The notes beneath the pieces were generated by a model that worked only from the letters and a program-made list of their open reading frames with translations, made no database searches and was not told where the DNA came from. This document shows, one piece after another, positions 48,993 through 59,404 of a stretch of DNA of 64,000 nt; the stretch's first letter is position 1, and every line of letters starts with the position of its first letter. The translations under genes were made by a program, and so were the position numbers. The stretch comes from Bacteroidia bacterium. Lineage in GTDB: Bacteria; Bacteroidota; Bacteroidia; AKYH767-A; 2013-40CM-41-45. The DNA is taken from positions 7,609 through 71,608 of the forward strand of contig JBBRND010000022.1 of assembly GCA_038230515.1 (NCBI GenBank), written 5' to 3'.

Positions 48993-49247
48993 CGGATCGT
49001 TTTGAAGAATAGGAAGGCGAAAGTACTAATTTGATTTACAAGAATGTTTCATTCTAATATCAATGAATGAACGAAAAAAAATTATCTTAAAAAAGACTTG
49101 AAAATTTTTTTTCTTTCATCTCTGATCTAACTTTTATAGTTTTACCCAATATTATTTGTGATAACTAATTTGAAGAGTTTATTCCTTTCTCATGTTATTT
49201 ATCCTTTCTTTACAATAATAAAATAACAGAATAATCCTTCAGCAAAT

Positions 49248-49994
49248 ATGCATGGGTCACTAACTGGTCAGTTAAAAATAGATGCATGTTTTTCTCCACA
49301 CCTTTATCCCATTTATCGCGATGATGCGAGCATTGTAGTCATCATTGATATTCTGAGAGCTACTTCTGCCATCTGCACCGCTTTCCATCACGGTGCCGAA
49401 AAAATAATTCCAGTTGCTACTGTGGAGGAAGCAATGGAATATAAGAAGAAAGGATACCTTACCGGTGCAGAGCGCGATGCTATTCCGCTGGATGGATTTG
49501 ACTTCGGAAATTCTCCGTTCAGTTACATGGGCGATAACGTGAAAGGAAAAACAATTGCCATTACCACCACCAATGGCACACAGGCAATTCATGCAGCACG
49601 TGATGCTTACAAAATTGTGATCGGATCATTTCTTAATCTCAGAGCGCTCTCTCAGTTTCTCATCAGCGAAAAAAGAGACGTGCTCCTGCTGTGCAGCGGA
49701 TGGAAAAATAAATTCAACCTCGAAGATGCGTTGTTTGCAGGAGCAGTAACCGAAGAAATTCTTTCCGCGACTTCAAACTACAAATTAGGTGATGCCTGTC
49801 TGGCACTCAAATATCTTTATGCAATGGCAAAAGATAATCCGTACAAGTTTCTCAACTATTCTTATCACAAAGAACGTCTCGCCCGTTTGAATTTAAAGAA
49901 GGACATTAAATATTGTCTCACTACAAATCAAACCAATGTAATTCCGGTTTTAAAAGATGGAGCGTTGGTAAATTTTGCAGCTGTCGAAGTATAA
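49248..49994 (+). CDS. 2-phosphosulfolactate phosphatase (ComB) family protein
   Basis: VVIIDILRATSAICTA ... GFDFGNSP motifs. Confidence 0.7.
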   Translation: MHGSLTGQLKIDACFSPHLYPIYRDDASIVVIIDILRATSAICTAFHHGAEKIIPVATVEEAMEYKKKGYLTGAERDAIPLDGFDFGNSPFSYMGDNVKGKTIAITTTNGTQAIHAARDAYKIVIGSFLNLRALSQFLISEKRDVLLLCSGWKNKFNLEDALFAGAVTEEILSATSNYKLGDACLALKYLYAMAKDNPYKFLNYSYHKERLARLNLKKDIKYCLTTNQTNVIPVLKDGALVNFAAVEV

Positions 49995-50070
49995 ATCGTA
50001 AGGTAACTCAATTAACTTAATCAACAAATTAACCTTTTTTACCGTTCTTCGCACCAGTAATTTCATCTGC

Positions 50071-51054
50071 ATGAATAAAAGAATTATAGTTGCTTCAATA
50101 CTAATATTTTCATTTTTGTATTCTCCGTTCGTTTTCGGCTGGGGATTCTGGGGACACCAGCGCATTAACAAGATGGCGTCCTTTACTTTGCCGCCAGAAC
50201 TTTTTGGTTTTTACAAAAAACATATTGACTATATTACAGAACATGCAGTTGATCCTGATAAAAGAAGATACTCCGATCCTAACGAAGCACCTCGCCACTT
50301 CATTGACCTTGATCATTACGGAATGCATGCCATTGATTCCATGCCTCACTTCTGGAAAAATGCTGTCGCAAAATATACCGAGGACACGCTGATTACCTAT
50401 GGAATTGTTCCGTGGCACATCAATAAAATGCAGTATCGGCTCACCGATGCATTCAAAGCGGGTAATGTGGATGAAATACTTTATCTATCAGCTTCGCTGG
50501 GCCATTATGTGGCAGATGCGCATGTGCCGCTGCATGTTTCAGAGAATTACAACGGACAAATGACAAACCAGGTTGGCATACATGGCTTTTGGGAGTCGCG
50601 CATACCTGAAATGTTTGGCGAAAATTACGACTACCTTGTTGGTCGTGCACACTTCATTGAAAAGCCTCAGGAAGAAGCATGGAAAATTGTAGCCGGAAGT
50701 TTTGCTGCGCTTGATTCTGTGCTGCGTTTTGACAGAGAGTTAAGCAAAAAAATTTCTCCTGATCAGAAGTATGCTTTCGAACAACGCGGTTCAACTACTG
50801 TGAAAGTGTACAGCAAGGAATACACTGAAGCTTACAATAAAATGCTTGACGGAATGGTAGAGCGCAGAATGCGTTCTGCAATACTTGAAGTAGGTTCCTT
50901 CTGGTACACCTGCTGGGTAAATGCGGGAAGTCCTGACTTAACAAACGTAATGAACAGAGAAGTGAGTGATTCCATGAAACAAAAATTGAAAGAAGAAGAA
51001 GAACTCTGGATGAACGGCACCCTGAAACCAAAGGGACATGAAGATGAGAAATAA
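50071..51054 (+). CDS. zinc-dependent phospholipase C / S1-P1 nuclease superfamily protein (secreted)
   Basis: Signal peptide. N-terminal GWGFWGHQRIN and His/Asp-rich metal-binding blocks (HFIDLDHYG, HVPLHVSENYNG). Confidence 0.5.
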   Translation: MNKRIIVASILIFSFLYSPFVFGWGFWGHQRINKMASFTLPPELFGFYKKHIDYITEHAVDPDKRRYSDPNEAPRHFIDLDHYGMHAIDSMPHFWKNAVAKYTEDTLITYGIVPWHINKMQYRLTDAFKAGNVDEILYLSASLGHYVADAHVPLHVSENYNGQMTNQVGIHGFWESRIPEMFGENYDYLVGRAHFIEKPQEEAWKIVAGSFAALDSVLRFDRELSKKISPDQKYAFEQRGSTTVKVYSKEYTEAYNKMLDGMVERRMRSAILEVGSFWYTCWVNAGSPDLTNVMNREVSDSMKQKLKEEEELWMNGTLKPKGHEDEK

Positions 51055-51066
51055 TTTTTTTTTCTG

Positions 51067-52563
51067 ATGAAGATTCTTTCCGCTTCACAACTCCGTGAAC
51101 TGGATTCGTACACTATCAGGCATGAGCCTATTCGTTCCATTGACTTGATGGAGCGCGCTGCCGATGTATGTTTTGAGTGGATGATTTCAAATGAACTTCG
51201 GCCACATTCACATCGAAAAGCGATTGTCTTTTGCGGCACCGGAAACAATGGTGGTGACGGGCTTGCTATTGCAAGAATGCTATCTTTTTCAGGATATGAA
51301 GCAAGTGTTTACATCATAAGTTCACAAGGAAAAAGTTTGCGAAACTTTCTCATCAACGAAAAACGTTTACTCAAGTCTAGTCAGAAAGTTATTCATGAAA
51401 TAAAATCAAAAAAAAATCTTCCGCCTCTTCGCAGCAATTATCTAGTTATTGATGCGTTGTTCGGAACGGGATTATCAAGACCTATTGAAGGGCTTGAAGC
51501 AAAAGTTATTGATCACATCAATGAATCCAACGCAACTGTTATTTCTATTGATCTTCCGAGCGGATTATTTGCTGATCAACATTCTTCGGGTCATTCAATT
51601 GTTCAAGCAGATCATACGTTAAGTTTCCAGGTTCCCAAACTTGCTTTCTTTTTTCCGGAGAATGAAAGGTATGTGGGGCAATGGCATTTGCTTGATATCA
51701 ACTTGAATCGAAAATTTTTGGATGAACTTCCCTCATCAAAAGAATATCTCACAAAGGATTTTATTCAGTCATTTCTGAAACCGAGAACAAAATTTTCTCA
51801 CAAAGGAAATTACGGTCATGCACTTTTAGTTGCAGGAAGTTATGGTAAGATGGGAGCAGCAGTGCTAGCAGCAAAGGCATGTTTGAAAAGCGGAATTGGG
51901 CTTCTCACTGTATCAGTGCGAAAACAAGGCGTTGAAATAATTCAAACCTCTTGCCCTGAGGCAATGGTTGTTGTTGATGTTTTTGATTCTGAAAAATATT
52001 CTTCTACTGGTATTGGTCCAGGTATTGGAGCGAACGGTTTTGCTGAAGGGGAAGTGAAAAGGATTTTGCAATCAGTCAAAAGTCCGCTTGTAATTGATGC
52101 AGATGCACTCAATATTATTTCAGAAAACAAGAAGAAGTTATTGAAGTTAATTCCTGAAAATTCAATCCTCACTCCTCACCCAAAAGAATTCGAACGGCTC
52201 ATTGGAAAGTCAAAAAATAATTTTGACCGTCATGAAATGCAACTGACATTTTCCGAAAAACACAAAGTATATGTTATATTAAAAGGTGCGCACACCTGCA
52301 TAACAACTCCCGAAAGAGAATCTTTTTTCAACAGCACCGGCAACCCCGGCATGGCAAAGGGCGGCAGTGGCGATGTCCTTACGGGAATTATTACCGGGCT
52401 TCTTGCGCAGGGATATTCTCCTCTCGAATCTTCTCTGCTTGGAGTTTTTATGCACGGAGTTGCCGGAGATATTGCCGCAAAGCAAAAAGGAATGGATGCA
52501 ATGATTGCGGGCGATATTATTGAAGCATTGCCGGAGGCGTGGATTTCAGTTAGAAAAATGTAA
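51067..52563 (+). CDS. nnr: bifunctional NAD(P)H-hydrate epimerase / ADP-dependent dehydratase
   Basis: YjeF-N (GTGNNGGDGL) plus YjeF-C (GSGDVLTG). Length 498 aa. Confidence 0.85.
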   Translation: MKILSASQLRELDSYTIRHEPIRSIDLMERAADVCFEWMISNELRPHSHRKAIVFCGTGNNGGDGLAIARMLSFSGYEASVYIISSQGKSLRNFLINEKRLLKSSQKVIHEIKSKKNLPPLRSNYLVIDALFGTGLSRPIEGLEAKVIDHINESNATVISIDLPSGLFADQHSSGHSIVQADHTLSFQVPKLAFFFPENERYVGQWHLLDINLNRKFLDELPSSKEYLTKDFIQSFLKPRTKFSHKGNYGHALLVAGSYGKMGAAVLAAKACLKSGIGLLTVSVRKQGVEIIQTSCPEAMVVVDVFDSEKYSSTGIGPGIGANGFAEGEVKRILQSVKSPLVIDADALNIISENKKKLLKLIPENSILTPHPKEFERLIGKSKNNFDRHEMQLTFSEKHKVYVILKGAHTCITTPERESFFNSTGNPGMAKGGSGDVLTGIITGLLAQGYSPLESSLLGVFMHGVAGDIAAKQKGMDAMIAGDIIEALPEAWISVRKM

Positions 52564-52585
52564 AGTTCTTTTCGACATTTTAACC

Positions 52586-53200
52586 TCAAACCCCGAGTTT
52601 CCCTTTTCCCTCCCGAACTAAAGCCGGCTCATCGCCTGTGCAGTCTACAATGGTGGAAGGATTCATTTCACTGAATCCACCGTCAACAATTAAATCAACT
52701 TTGTCTCCGTACTGCTGTTCAATCGGTTCAGCTTCGTTGAAGTATTCAAGAATCTCGTCTTCACTGTGAAGAGATGAAACAACAAGCGGACTTTGCAATT
52801 CTTCAATTAACGCATGAATAATTTCGTTCTGCGGAATACGAATTCCGATGGTTTTCTTTTTCGATTTAAAAATTTCAGGTACCCGATTACTTGCATTCAG
52901 AATAAATGTAAACGCTCCCGGCAAATTACTTTTCATCACCCTAAAAACTTCTCGGCTGAATGGTTTGGTATATTCTGATAAACTGGAAAAGTCAGAAAAT
53001 ATAATGGAGAAATTTGCCTGTGATGGTTTGATGTTTTTTATTTCACAGATTCGTTCAAACGCCTCGTGACTTTTAAGCGAACAGGCAAATGCATAAACAG
53101 TATCGGTAGGAATAATTACAACCCCGTCATTGCGGAGAACGGTAACTACTTTTTCAAGATGTTTTAGATTGATATTCCCTGAAAAAAATTGCAGAAGCAT
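52586..53200 (-). CDS. L-threonylcarbamoyladenylate synthase (YrdC/Sua5 family), paralog 2
   Basis: VVIIPTDTVYAFACSL ... IVVSSLHS YrdC fold. Confidence 0.75.
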   Translation of the reverse strand: MLLQFFSGNINLKHLEKVVTVLRNDGVVIIPTDTVYAFACSLKSHEAFERICEIKNIKPSQANFSIIFSDFSSLSEYTKPFSREVFRVMKSNLPGAFTFILNASNRVPEIFKSKKKTIGIRIPQNEIIHALIEELQSPLVVSSLHSEDEILEYFNEAEPIEQQYGDKVDLIVDGGFSEMNPSTIVDCTGDEPALVREGKGKLGV

Positions 53201-53201
53201 T

Positions 53202-53873
53202 TTACTTCACCAAAGTCGCTTCCTGGCTTTTCTTATGATCAGCCAAAAATTTCGCAAGTCCCATGTCAGTAAGAGGATGCTTGAGAAGATCAAGAATTGC
53301 GGAGAGCGGGCAAGTTGCAACATCAGCACCCGCTTCGGCACATTTTACAATGTGCATAGAACTTCGGATTGATGCAGCAAGCACTTGAGTTTTGTAACCA
53401 TAGTTTTTGTAGATCAAAACAATTTGTTTGATCAGTTCAATACCATCCTGATTCATATCATCAATTCTTCCTATGAATGGAGATAGATAAGTTGCTCCCG
53501 CTTTGGCAGCAAGTATTGCCTGACCCGCAGAAAAAACGAGTGTGCAGTTTGTCTTTATTCCTTTTGATGAAAAATATTTTAGTGCTCTAATACCTTCTTT
53601 AATCATCGGCACTTTAACAACAATTTGTTTGTGCAGCGATGCAAGCATTTCTCCTTCGGAGATAATTCCTTTGAAGTCGGTTGAAATTACTTCAGCACTC
53701 ACATCTCCCGTAACAATATTGCAGATGTCCACATAATGTTTCAGCACATTATCCTGTTCAACAATTCCTTCTTTCGCCATCAATGAAGGATTGGTAGTTA
53801 CACCATCAAGCACACCAAGGTCTTGCGCTTCTTTTATTTGAGAAAGATTTGCCGTATCAATAAAAAATTTCAT
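53202..53873 (-). CDS. fsa: fructose-6-phosphate aldolase / transaldolase family protein
   Basis: MKFFIDTANLSQIKEAQDLGVLDGVTTNPSL plus catalytic Lys block. The ATG giving MKFF is preferred over the upstream in-frame ATG at 53927. Confidence 0.8.
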   Translation of the reverse strand: MKFFIDTANLSQIKEAQDLGVLDGVTTNPSLMAKEGIVEQDNVLKHYVDICNIVTGDVSAEVISTDFKGIISEGEMLASLHKQIVVKVPMIKEGIRALKYFSSKGIKTNCTLVFSAGQAILAAKAGATYLSPFIGRIDDMNQDGIELIKQIVLIYKNYGYKTQVLAASIRSSMHIVKCAEAGADVATCPLSAILDLLKHPLTDMGLAKFLADHKKSQEATLVK

Positions 53874-54010
53874 TCCACAATAGTTTTTAAGTTTGGAAGG
53901 CAAAGGTAAGAAAGAGAAGGTTTGCACAGAGCAAAACTATTCAACAAGTGTTAATAAAACCACAACACTTGATTCGTAAATTCGAAACCATTAGCATTCG
54001 GACATAAAAA

Positions 54011-54110
54011 ACGGGTAAGCTTACTGCATCGCACCGCTACAACCTCTTATCCTTGCTGCATTCCTGCCCTGGGGAGGTTCGAGGGAGCTGGTCGTACAGG
54101 ACTTACCCGT
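54011..54110 (+). ncRNA. candidate structured RNA / cis-regulatory element closed by 9-bp stem acgggtaag...cttacccgt
   Basis: Long-range complementarity and internal aacctc/gaggtt pairing, seen by eye. Lies in the divergent region between fsa and the DUF4199 gene. Strand not determined. Confidence 0.2.
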
Positions 54111-54202
54111 GCGCGAAAGTAGTAAAAGCGTTGTAAAGAAAAATTTTTGCGCAACTTTTTTCCTTTCTCTATTTATCTATTTTTGTCGCAAACAAAACTC
54201 CA

Positions 54203-54727
54203 ATGGAAAGACGTTCTCAATTAAAAGTCGCCATGACGTATGGCGCCATGTGCGGACTCGCTTCGTCCATTATCTACCTCATCTTTTATTTTGGCGGTGC
54301 CGCTGTTGACAACAAGTGGCCTCAATGGATCGGGTATGCAGTAATGATTACAACCATTGTGATGGGAGTAAAAAGCTACCGCGATCAGGATTCAGGCGGC
54401 TTCATCAATTACGGAAGATCGCTTGGAACAGGTGTGCTCATCGGAATGTTCGGTGGAATTATTACTGGACTATTCACTGTACTGATGTTTACGGTGATTG
54501 ACCCCGGAATGGCGGAAAAAATTATTAACAAAGCGCAGGAGGATATGATAGCAAAGGGAACGATGAGCGAGGATCAGATCAGCATGGCTATGTCAATGAC
54601 GCGCAAATTTATGAACCCAGGTATGTTGTTTGCGTTCTCTATTGTTGGCTCTGTATTTATCGCGTTTATTTTTTCTCTTATCACTTCCATCTTTACTAGG
54701 AAAGAGCAAACTCCTTTTCAAAGTTAA
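54203..54727 (+). CDS. DUF4199-family membrane protein
   Basis: Four TM helices. N-terminus MERRSQLKVAMTYGAMCGLASSIIYLIFYF is typical of the family. Confidence 0.55.
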   Translation: MERRSQLKVAMTYGAMCGLASSIIYLIFYFGGAAVDNKWPQWIGYAVMITTIVMGVKSYRDQDSGGFINYGRSLGTGVLIGMFGGIITGLFTVLMFTVIDPGMAEKIINKAQEDMIAKGTMSEDQISMAMSMTRKFMNPGMLFAFSIVGSVFIAFIFSLITSIFTRKEQTPFQS

Positions 54728-54741
54728 TTTAAACGCAAGTT

Positions 54742-55695
54742 GTGAATCTGTCAGTTGTTGTTCCGCTTTTTAATGAAGATGAATCCCTGCGCGAGTTATG
54801 CGATTGGATTGTTCGAGTAGTTGATGCCAAAAATTTTTCGCACGAAATTATTTTGATTGATGACGGAAGTAAGGACAATTCATGGAGTGTGATTGAAAAA
54901 CTTTCTGATGAAAATAAAAATATTAGAGGAATTCGATTCAGAAGAAACTATGGAAAGAGTGCCGCTCTTCAGGTTGGATTTGAAGCAGCGCTAGGCGATG
55001 TAGTGATTACGATGGATGCAGACATGCAGGACAGCCCTGATGAAATTCCTTCGCTGTACAATATGATTGCCGAAGAAAAATTTGATCTCGTTTCGGGCTG
55101 GAAGAAGAAGCGCCACGATCCGATTATGAAAACGATTCCGAGTAAGTTTTTCAATTGGGTGACAAGAAAAATGTCCGGCATCTATACGCTGCATGATTTT
55201 AATTGTGGTCTTAAATCATACCGTAAAGAAGTTGTGAAAAGCATTGAAGTGTATGGAGAGATGCACCGTTACATTCCTTTAATTGCAAAGTGGAATGGCT
55301 TTTCAAAAATTACGGAGAAACCAGTGGAACATCGCGCACGAAAATACGGGGTAACAAAATTTGGTTTGGAAAGATTCATCAACGGTTTTCTCGATTTGCT
55401 TTCCATCATGTTTGTTTCCAGGTTCGGAAAAAGACCGATGCACTTATTTGGATTCATTGGTACGCTGATGTTTTTTGTGGGACTTCTTGCTGCGGGTTAT
55501 CTCGGCACAACAAAGTTGTGGGCAGTAACTCACAACGAATATGCGCGGCTAATTACCGATCGTCCGTCCTTTTATATTTCACTTACCTGCATGATCATCG
55601 GTTCGCAAATGTTTCTTGCGGGATTTCTTGGCGAATTAATTTCCAGAACTTCTCCTGATAAAAATCACTACGAGATTTCAGAACGCACCAATTAG
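54742..55695 (+). CDS. glycosyltransferase family 2 (polyprenol-phosphate glycosyltransferase, DPM1/ArnC/GtrB-like) with C-terminal TM helices
   Basis: VVVPLFNEDESL ... ILIDDGSKDNS ... DADMQD DxD motif. Confidence 0.8.
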   Translation: MNLSVVVPLFNEDESLRELCDWIVRVVDAKNFSHEIILIDDGSKDNSWSVIEKLSDENKNIRGIRFRRNYGKSAALQVGFEAALGDVVITMDADMQDSPDEIPSLYNMIAEEKFDLVSGWKKKRHDPIMKTIPSKFFNWVTRKMSGIYTLHDFNCGLKSYRKEVVKSIEVYGEMHRYIPLIAKWNGFSKITEKPVEHRARKYGVTKFGLERFINGFLDLLSIMFVSRFGKRPMHLFGFIGTLMFFVGLLAAGYLGTTKLWAVTHNEYARLITDRPSFYISLTCMIIGSQMFLAGFLGELISRTSPDKNHYEISERTN

Positions 55696-55735
55696 CTGAA
55701 CCGATTGCATCGGGATGTATTGCGTTGATTAGCTG

Positions 55736-56872
55736 ATGAAAAATTTAAAAGCAATTATTGTTGGATCGGCTTATCCTTTAAGAGGAGGCATTGCCGATTT
55801 TAATGAAGCACTTTGCAAAGCATTGATTACAGAAAATGTTGAGACCTCTATCGTTTCTTTTTATTTGCAGTATCCTAAAATTCTTTTTCCGGGAAAGACG
55901 CAGATGACAGGCGGAGATGCTCCGAAAGACTTCAAAATAAATTCTCTCATCAGTTCCATCAATCCTCTTTCATGGTTTCGCGCTGCATCGTTTATTAAAA
56001 AACAAAGACCTGATTTTATTATTATCCGTTACTGGTTGCCTTTTATGGCTCCTGCCCTCTCAACCATTGCGCGCAGCGTTCGCAAAGCAGGAATTAAAGT
56101 AATTGCGATTACTGACAATGTTATTCCTCACGAAAAAAGAATTGGTGATTATTCACTCACCAACTATTTCGTGAAAAGTTGCGATGCGTTTATTGCCATG
56201 AGCCAAACCGTGGTTGATGACCTGAAGAAGTTTACAAAGACAAAAAGTATTTCTTTTTCCCCTCATCCGGTGTATGACATTTTCGGTGAGAAGATTCCTA
56301 AAAATGAAGCACGGAATAAATTGGGGTTGAACATTGATGGAAAAGTGGTTTTGTTTTTTGGCTTCATCCGCCCATATAAAGGATTGGATTTGCTGCTTCA
56401 TGCAATGGCTGATGAAAAAATTCGCTCCCTAAATCTGAAACTGATTGTTGCAGGAGAATTTTATGGAGATGAAGTACAGTACAGGAAGATGATTTCTGAT
56501 CTCAATATCCTGGACAATGTAATTCTTCATTCATCTTACATTGCAAAAGAGGAAGTGAAAAACTTTTTCTGTGCTGCTGATCTTGTTGTTCAACCTTACC
56601 GCAGTGCAACACAAAGCGGCATTACGCAAATTGCCTATCACTTCGAGCGACCGATGCTTGTAACCAATGTTGGCGGGCTTTCTGAAATTGTCCCTCACAA
56701 CAAAGCCGGTTACGTTGTGAATGTTGATGCAAAAGAAATTGCTAAAAGCATTTTTGATTTTTACGAAAAGAACAAAGAAGAAGAGTTTACCACGAATGTA
56801 AAAAGTGAGAAGGAACGGTTTACGTGGAAAAGTTTTTCGACAAACATTTTGAGAATTGCAAAAGCTAAGTAG
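55736..56872 (+). CDS. glycosyltransferase family 4
   Basis: GT-B C-terminal motif. Confidence 0.8.
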   Translation: MKNLKAIIVGSAYPLRGGIADFNEALCKALITENVETSIVSFYLQYPKILFPGKTQMTGGDAPKDFKINSLISSINPLSWFRAASFIKKQRPDFIIIRYWLPFMAPALSTIARSVRKAGIKVIAITDNVIPHEKRIGDYSLTNYFVKSCDAFIAMSQTVVDDLKKFTKTKSISFSPHPVYDIFGEKIPKNEARNKLGLNIDGKVVLFFGFIRPYKGLDLLLHAMADEKIRSLNLKLIVAGEFYGDEVQYRKMISDLNILDNVILHSSYIAKEEVKNFFCAADLVVQPYRSATQSGITQIAYHFERPMLVTNVGGLSEIVPHNKAGYVVNVDAKEIAKSIFDFYEKNKEEEFTTNVKSEKERFTWKSFSTNILRIAKAK

Positions 56873-56903
56873 TTTGATCTTGTATATTTGAAAACTTTTC
56901 AAT

Positions 56904-59390
56904 ATGAAACTCCGCTATCAGCTCCTTCTCGTTCTCACAATTTTCTCTTTCACGGCAAATGCCGTTTTGGTTTCAGGAACTGTTACCGATAGCAAGCATC
57001 AACCCGTTCCCTTCTGCAGCGTTTACCTCAAAGGCACCACAGTTGGCACCACCGCAAACATTGACGGAAAATATTCGCTCGAAGTAAAAGCGGGAACTTA
57101 TCAAATTGTATTCCGCAGCATCGGATATAAATTGATTGAGCAACAAATAAAAGTAGAGAATGCTCCGCTTACAGTAAATATTTCCATTGATCAGGAATCG
57201 TATCAGTTAAAAGAAGCCGTGGTGAATGCATCGGCTGAAGATCCCGCCTATGCCATCATTCGTCATGCAATAAAGATGCGAAAGAAATATCTTGATGAAG
57301 CACAGAACTACCAATGCGAAGCGTACGAAAAACAAACATGGAAATTACCCGAAGCACCAAAAAAATTATTAGGTCAGAAAATTGATTTCGGAGATGATCT
57401 TGATTCAACAAGCAAAATTGTTTACCTCTCAGAAACTGTTTCTAAACTTTCATTTCAAAATCCCGATCACAAAGAAGAAATGATTTCATCGCGTGTGCGC
57501 GGCAATCCGAATCAATACAGTTTCAACCAGGCATCTTACCTGCGGCTCAATTTTTATGAAAGCTTAACACCCATCGGTCAGCGCGGAATTGTTTCTCCCA
57601 TCTCAGCAACGGCAATGGTTTATTACGACTACAAGCTCGAAGGAACTTTTATTCAGAATGGAGAAACAGTAAACAAGATTAAAGTAATTCCAAAGCGCAT
57701 ACACGATCCTGTTTACACCGGTGATATTTATATTCTTGATGATTCGTGGCGCATCCATTCGCTCGATCTTTTTATTACCGGAAATCAACAGATGCAGTTC
57801 TTCGATACCATCCGCGTTACTCAAACGTATGTGCCTGTTGAGAAATCAACATGGATGCTCCTCAACAGCGAAGTAAATGCAACCGCAGGTTTGTTTGGGT
57901 TTCGCATAAGCGGCACTGCCCTCGGCATCTTCAGCAATTACAATCTGCATCCCGATTTTCCTCCTCACTTTTTTAACAGCGAAGTGATGAAGATAAATAA
58001 GGATGCAAATAAAAAAGATACTTCTTACTGGGACACGATTCGTCCCGTACCCGTAACGCTTGAAGAGCATCGTGAATATGTGAAGCACGACAGCTTATAT
58101 TCTGCACACAACACAAAGGCATACAACGATTCTATGGACAGGAAGAACAATAAATTTTCTCCGGTTGGTTTTCTTCTCGGTGGATATTCGCATCAGAACA
58201 CCTGGCATCATTCGTCAACTTCCGTTTCAGGATTAATAAATAATCTTGAGTTTAACACGGTGGAAGGATGGGCAGCAGGAGTTGTTACGCGCTACGACAA
58301 ACAAAAAGACGAAGAAGACCGCAGGCGCATTTCAGTAATTGCAGATACGCGCTATGGATTTTCCAATCAACATTTCAACGGCAACCTTACTTTTCAGCAT
58401 CGCTACAATCCCAATCACTTCAGCACTTACAGCGTTAGTGGCGGAACACAGGTAAACGATTTTAACGGCAACACACATTTCTCGCCCCTTGTAAACACAG
58501 GATATTCCCTGCTTGCTCGAAAAAACTGGCTGAAGCTCTACGAAAAATATTACGGATCGGTAATGCACCGCATGGAACTATTCAATGGCGTTAGCTTACG
58601 TGTTGCATCAGAATATGCAGATCGAATTCCGCTCATCAACACCACTGACTTTGCATGGATACCCAATGCCGAACGTCCATATCTTTCAAACGATCCGCTG
58701 CATGTTGCGAGTGATTCAATGCACTTCGACCGAAGTCAGAGTTTCACTATTGAAGCCCGTTTACGAATTCGCTTCAAGCAGAAATATATGATGCGCCCTG
58801 AAGGAAAAACAATTATGGGTTCGAAGTACCCTCAACTTACATTCAGTTATCTCAAAGCAATTCCCGCTGTTGCAGACGCAGATGTTGATTATGATTTTGC
58901 AAGTGCGGCAATTTCAGATGAAGTGCGTCTGGGTTTGCTTGGTGCAATCCGTTATTCGGTCTCAGCAGGAAAATTTTTCTCTTCAAAGAAGATGGAGCTG
59001 ATGGATTATCATCACTTCAATGGCAACAAAACAATTTTTGCTGATTTCTCTTTGAATGATTTTGAACTGCTCGACTACTATAAGTTTGCAACCAATCGCG
59101 AATACATCGAAGCACATGCCGAATACAATCTCGGAGGATTGGTGTTGAATAAAATTCCTTTGATAAGAAAGTTAAAGCTCAATGAAATTGTTGGCGCTCA
59201 TTATTTCACTGCGCGCTATTTCACTGCCCCCTTTAAAAATTATTTCGAAACTTCATTCGGTATCGAAAAATTCGGATTACTTCGCGCTGATTTTGTTCTC
59301 GGCTTTGACGATCGCAAGAAAGCACTTACAGGATTTGTGCTTGGACTCAAAGTCAATATTTCAAATGGCTCAATCAATCTCTCCGATTAA
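56904..59390 (+). CDS. DUF5686-family protein with N-terminal carboxypeptidase-regulatory-like (CarbopepD_reg) domain
   Basis: Signal peptide. VSGTVTDSKHQPVPFCSVYLKGTTVGTTANIDGKYSL. Length 828 aa. Confidence 0.6.
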   Translation: MKLRYQLLLVLTIFSFTANAVLVSGTVTDSKHQPVPFCSVYLKGTTVGTTANIDGKYSLEVKAGTYQIVFRSIGYKLIEQQIKVENAPLTVNISIDQESYQLKEAVVNASAEDPAYAIIRHAIKMRKKYLDEAQNYQCEAYEKQTWKLPEAPKKLLGQKIDFGDDLDSTSKIVYLSETVSKLSFQNPDHKEEMISSRVRGNPNQYSFNQASYLRLNFYESLTPIGQRGIVSPISATAMVYYDYKLEGTFIQNGETVNKIKVIPKRIHDPVYTGDIYILDDSWRIHSLDLFITGNQQMQFFDTIRVTQTYVPVEKSTWMLLNSEVNATAGLFGFRISGTALGIFSNYNLHPDFPPHFFNSEVMKINKDANKKDTSYWDTIRPVPVTLEEHREYVKHDSLYSAHNTKAYNDSMDRKNNKFSPVGFLLGGYSHQNTWHHSSTSVSGLINNLEFNTVEGWAAGVVTRYDKQKDEEDRRRISVIADTRYGFSNQHFNGNLTFQHRYNPNHFSTYSVSGGTQVNDFNGNTHFSPLVNTGYSLLARKNWLKLYEKYYGSVMHRMELFNGVSLRVASEYADRIPLINTTDFAWIPNAERPYLSNDPLHVASDSMHFDRSQSFTIEARLRIRFKQKYMMRPEGKTIMGSKYPQLTFSYLKAIPAVADADVDYDFASAAISDEVRLGLLGAIRYSVSAGKFFSSKKMELMDYHHFNGNKTIFADFSLNDFELLDYYKFATNREYIEAHAEYNLGGLVLNKIPLIRKLKLNEIVGAHYFTARYFTAPFKNYFETSFGIEKFGLLRADFVLGFDDRKKALTGFVLGLKVNISNGSINLSD

Positions 59391-59404
59391 ATTTAAAACG
59401 CTCC

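Noticed and set aside
54061-54085. tRNA-like T-arm (ggggaggttcgagggagc)
   Set aside because: No acceptor stem, D arm or anticodon arm can be built. It is only a GGTTCGA coincidence.
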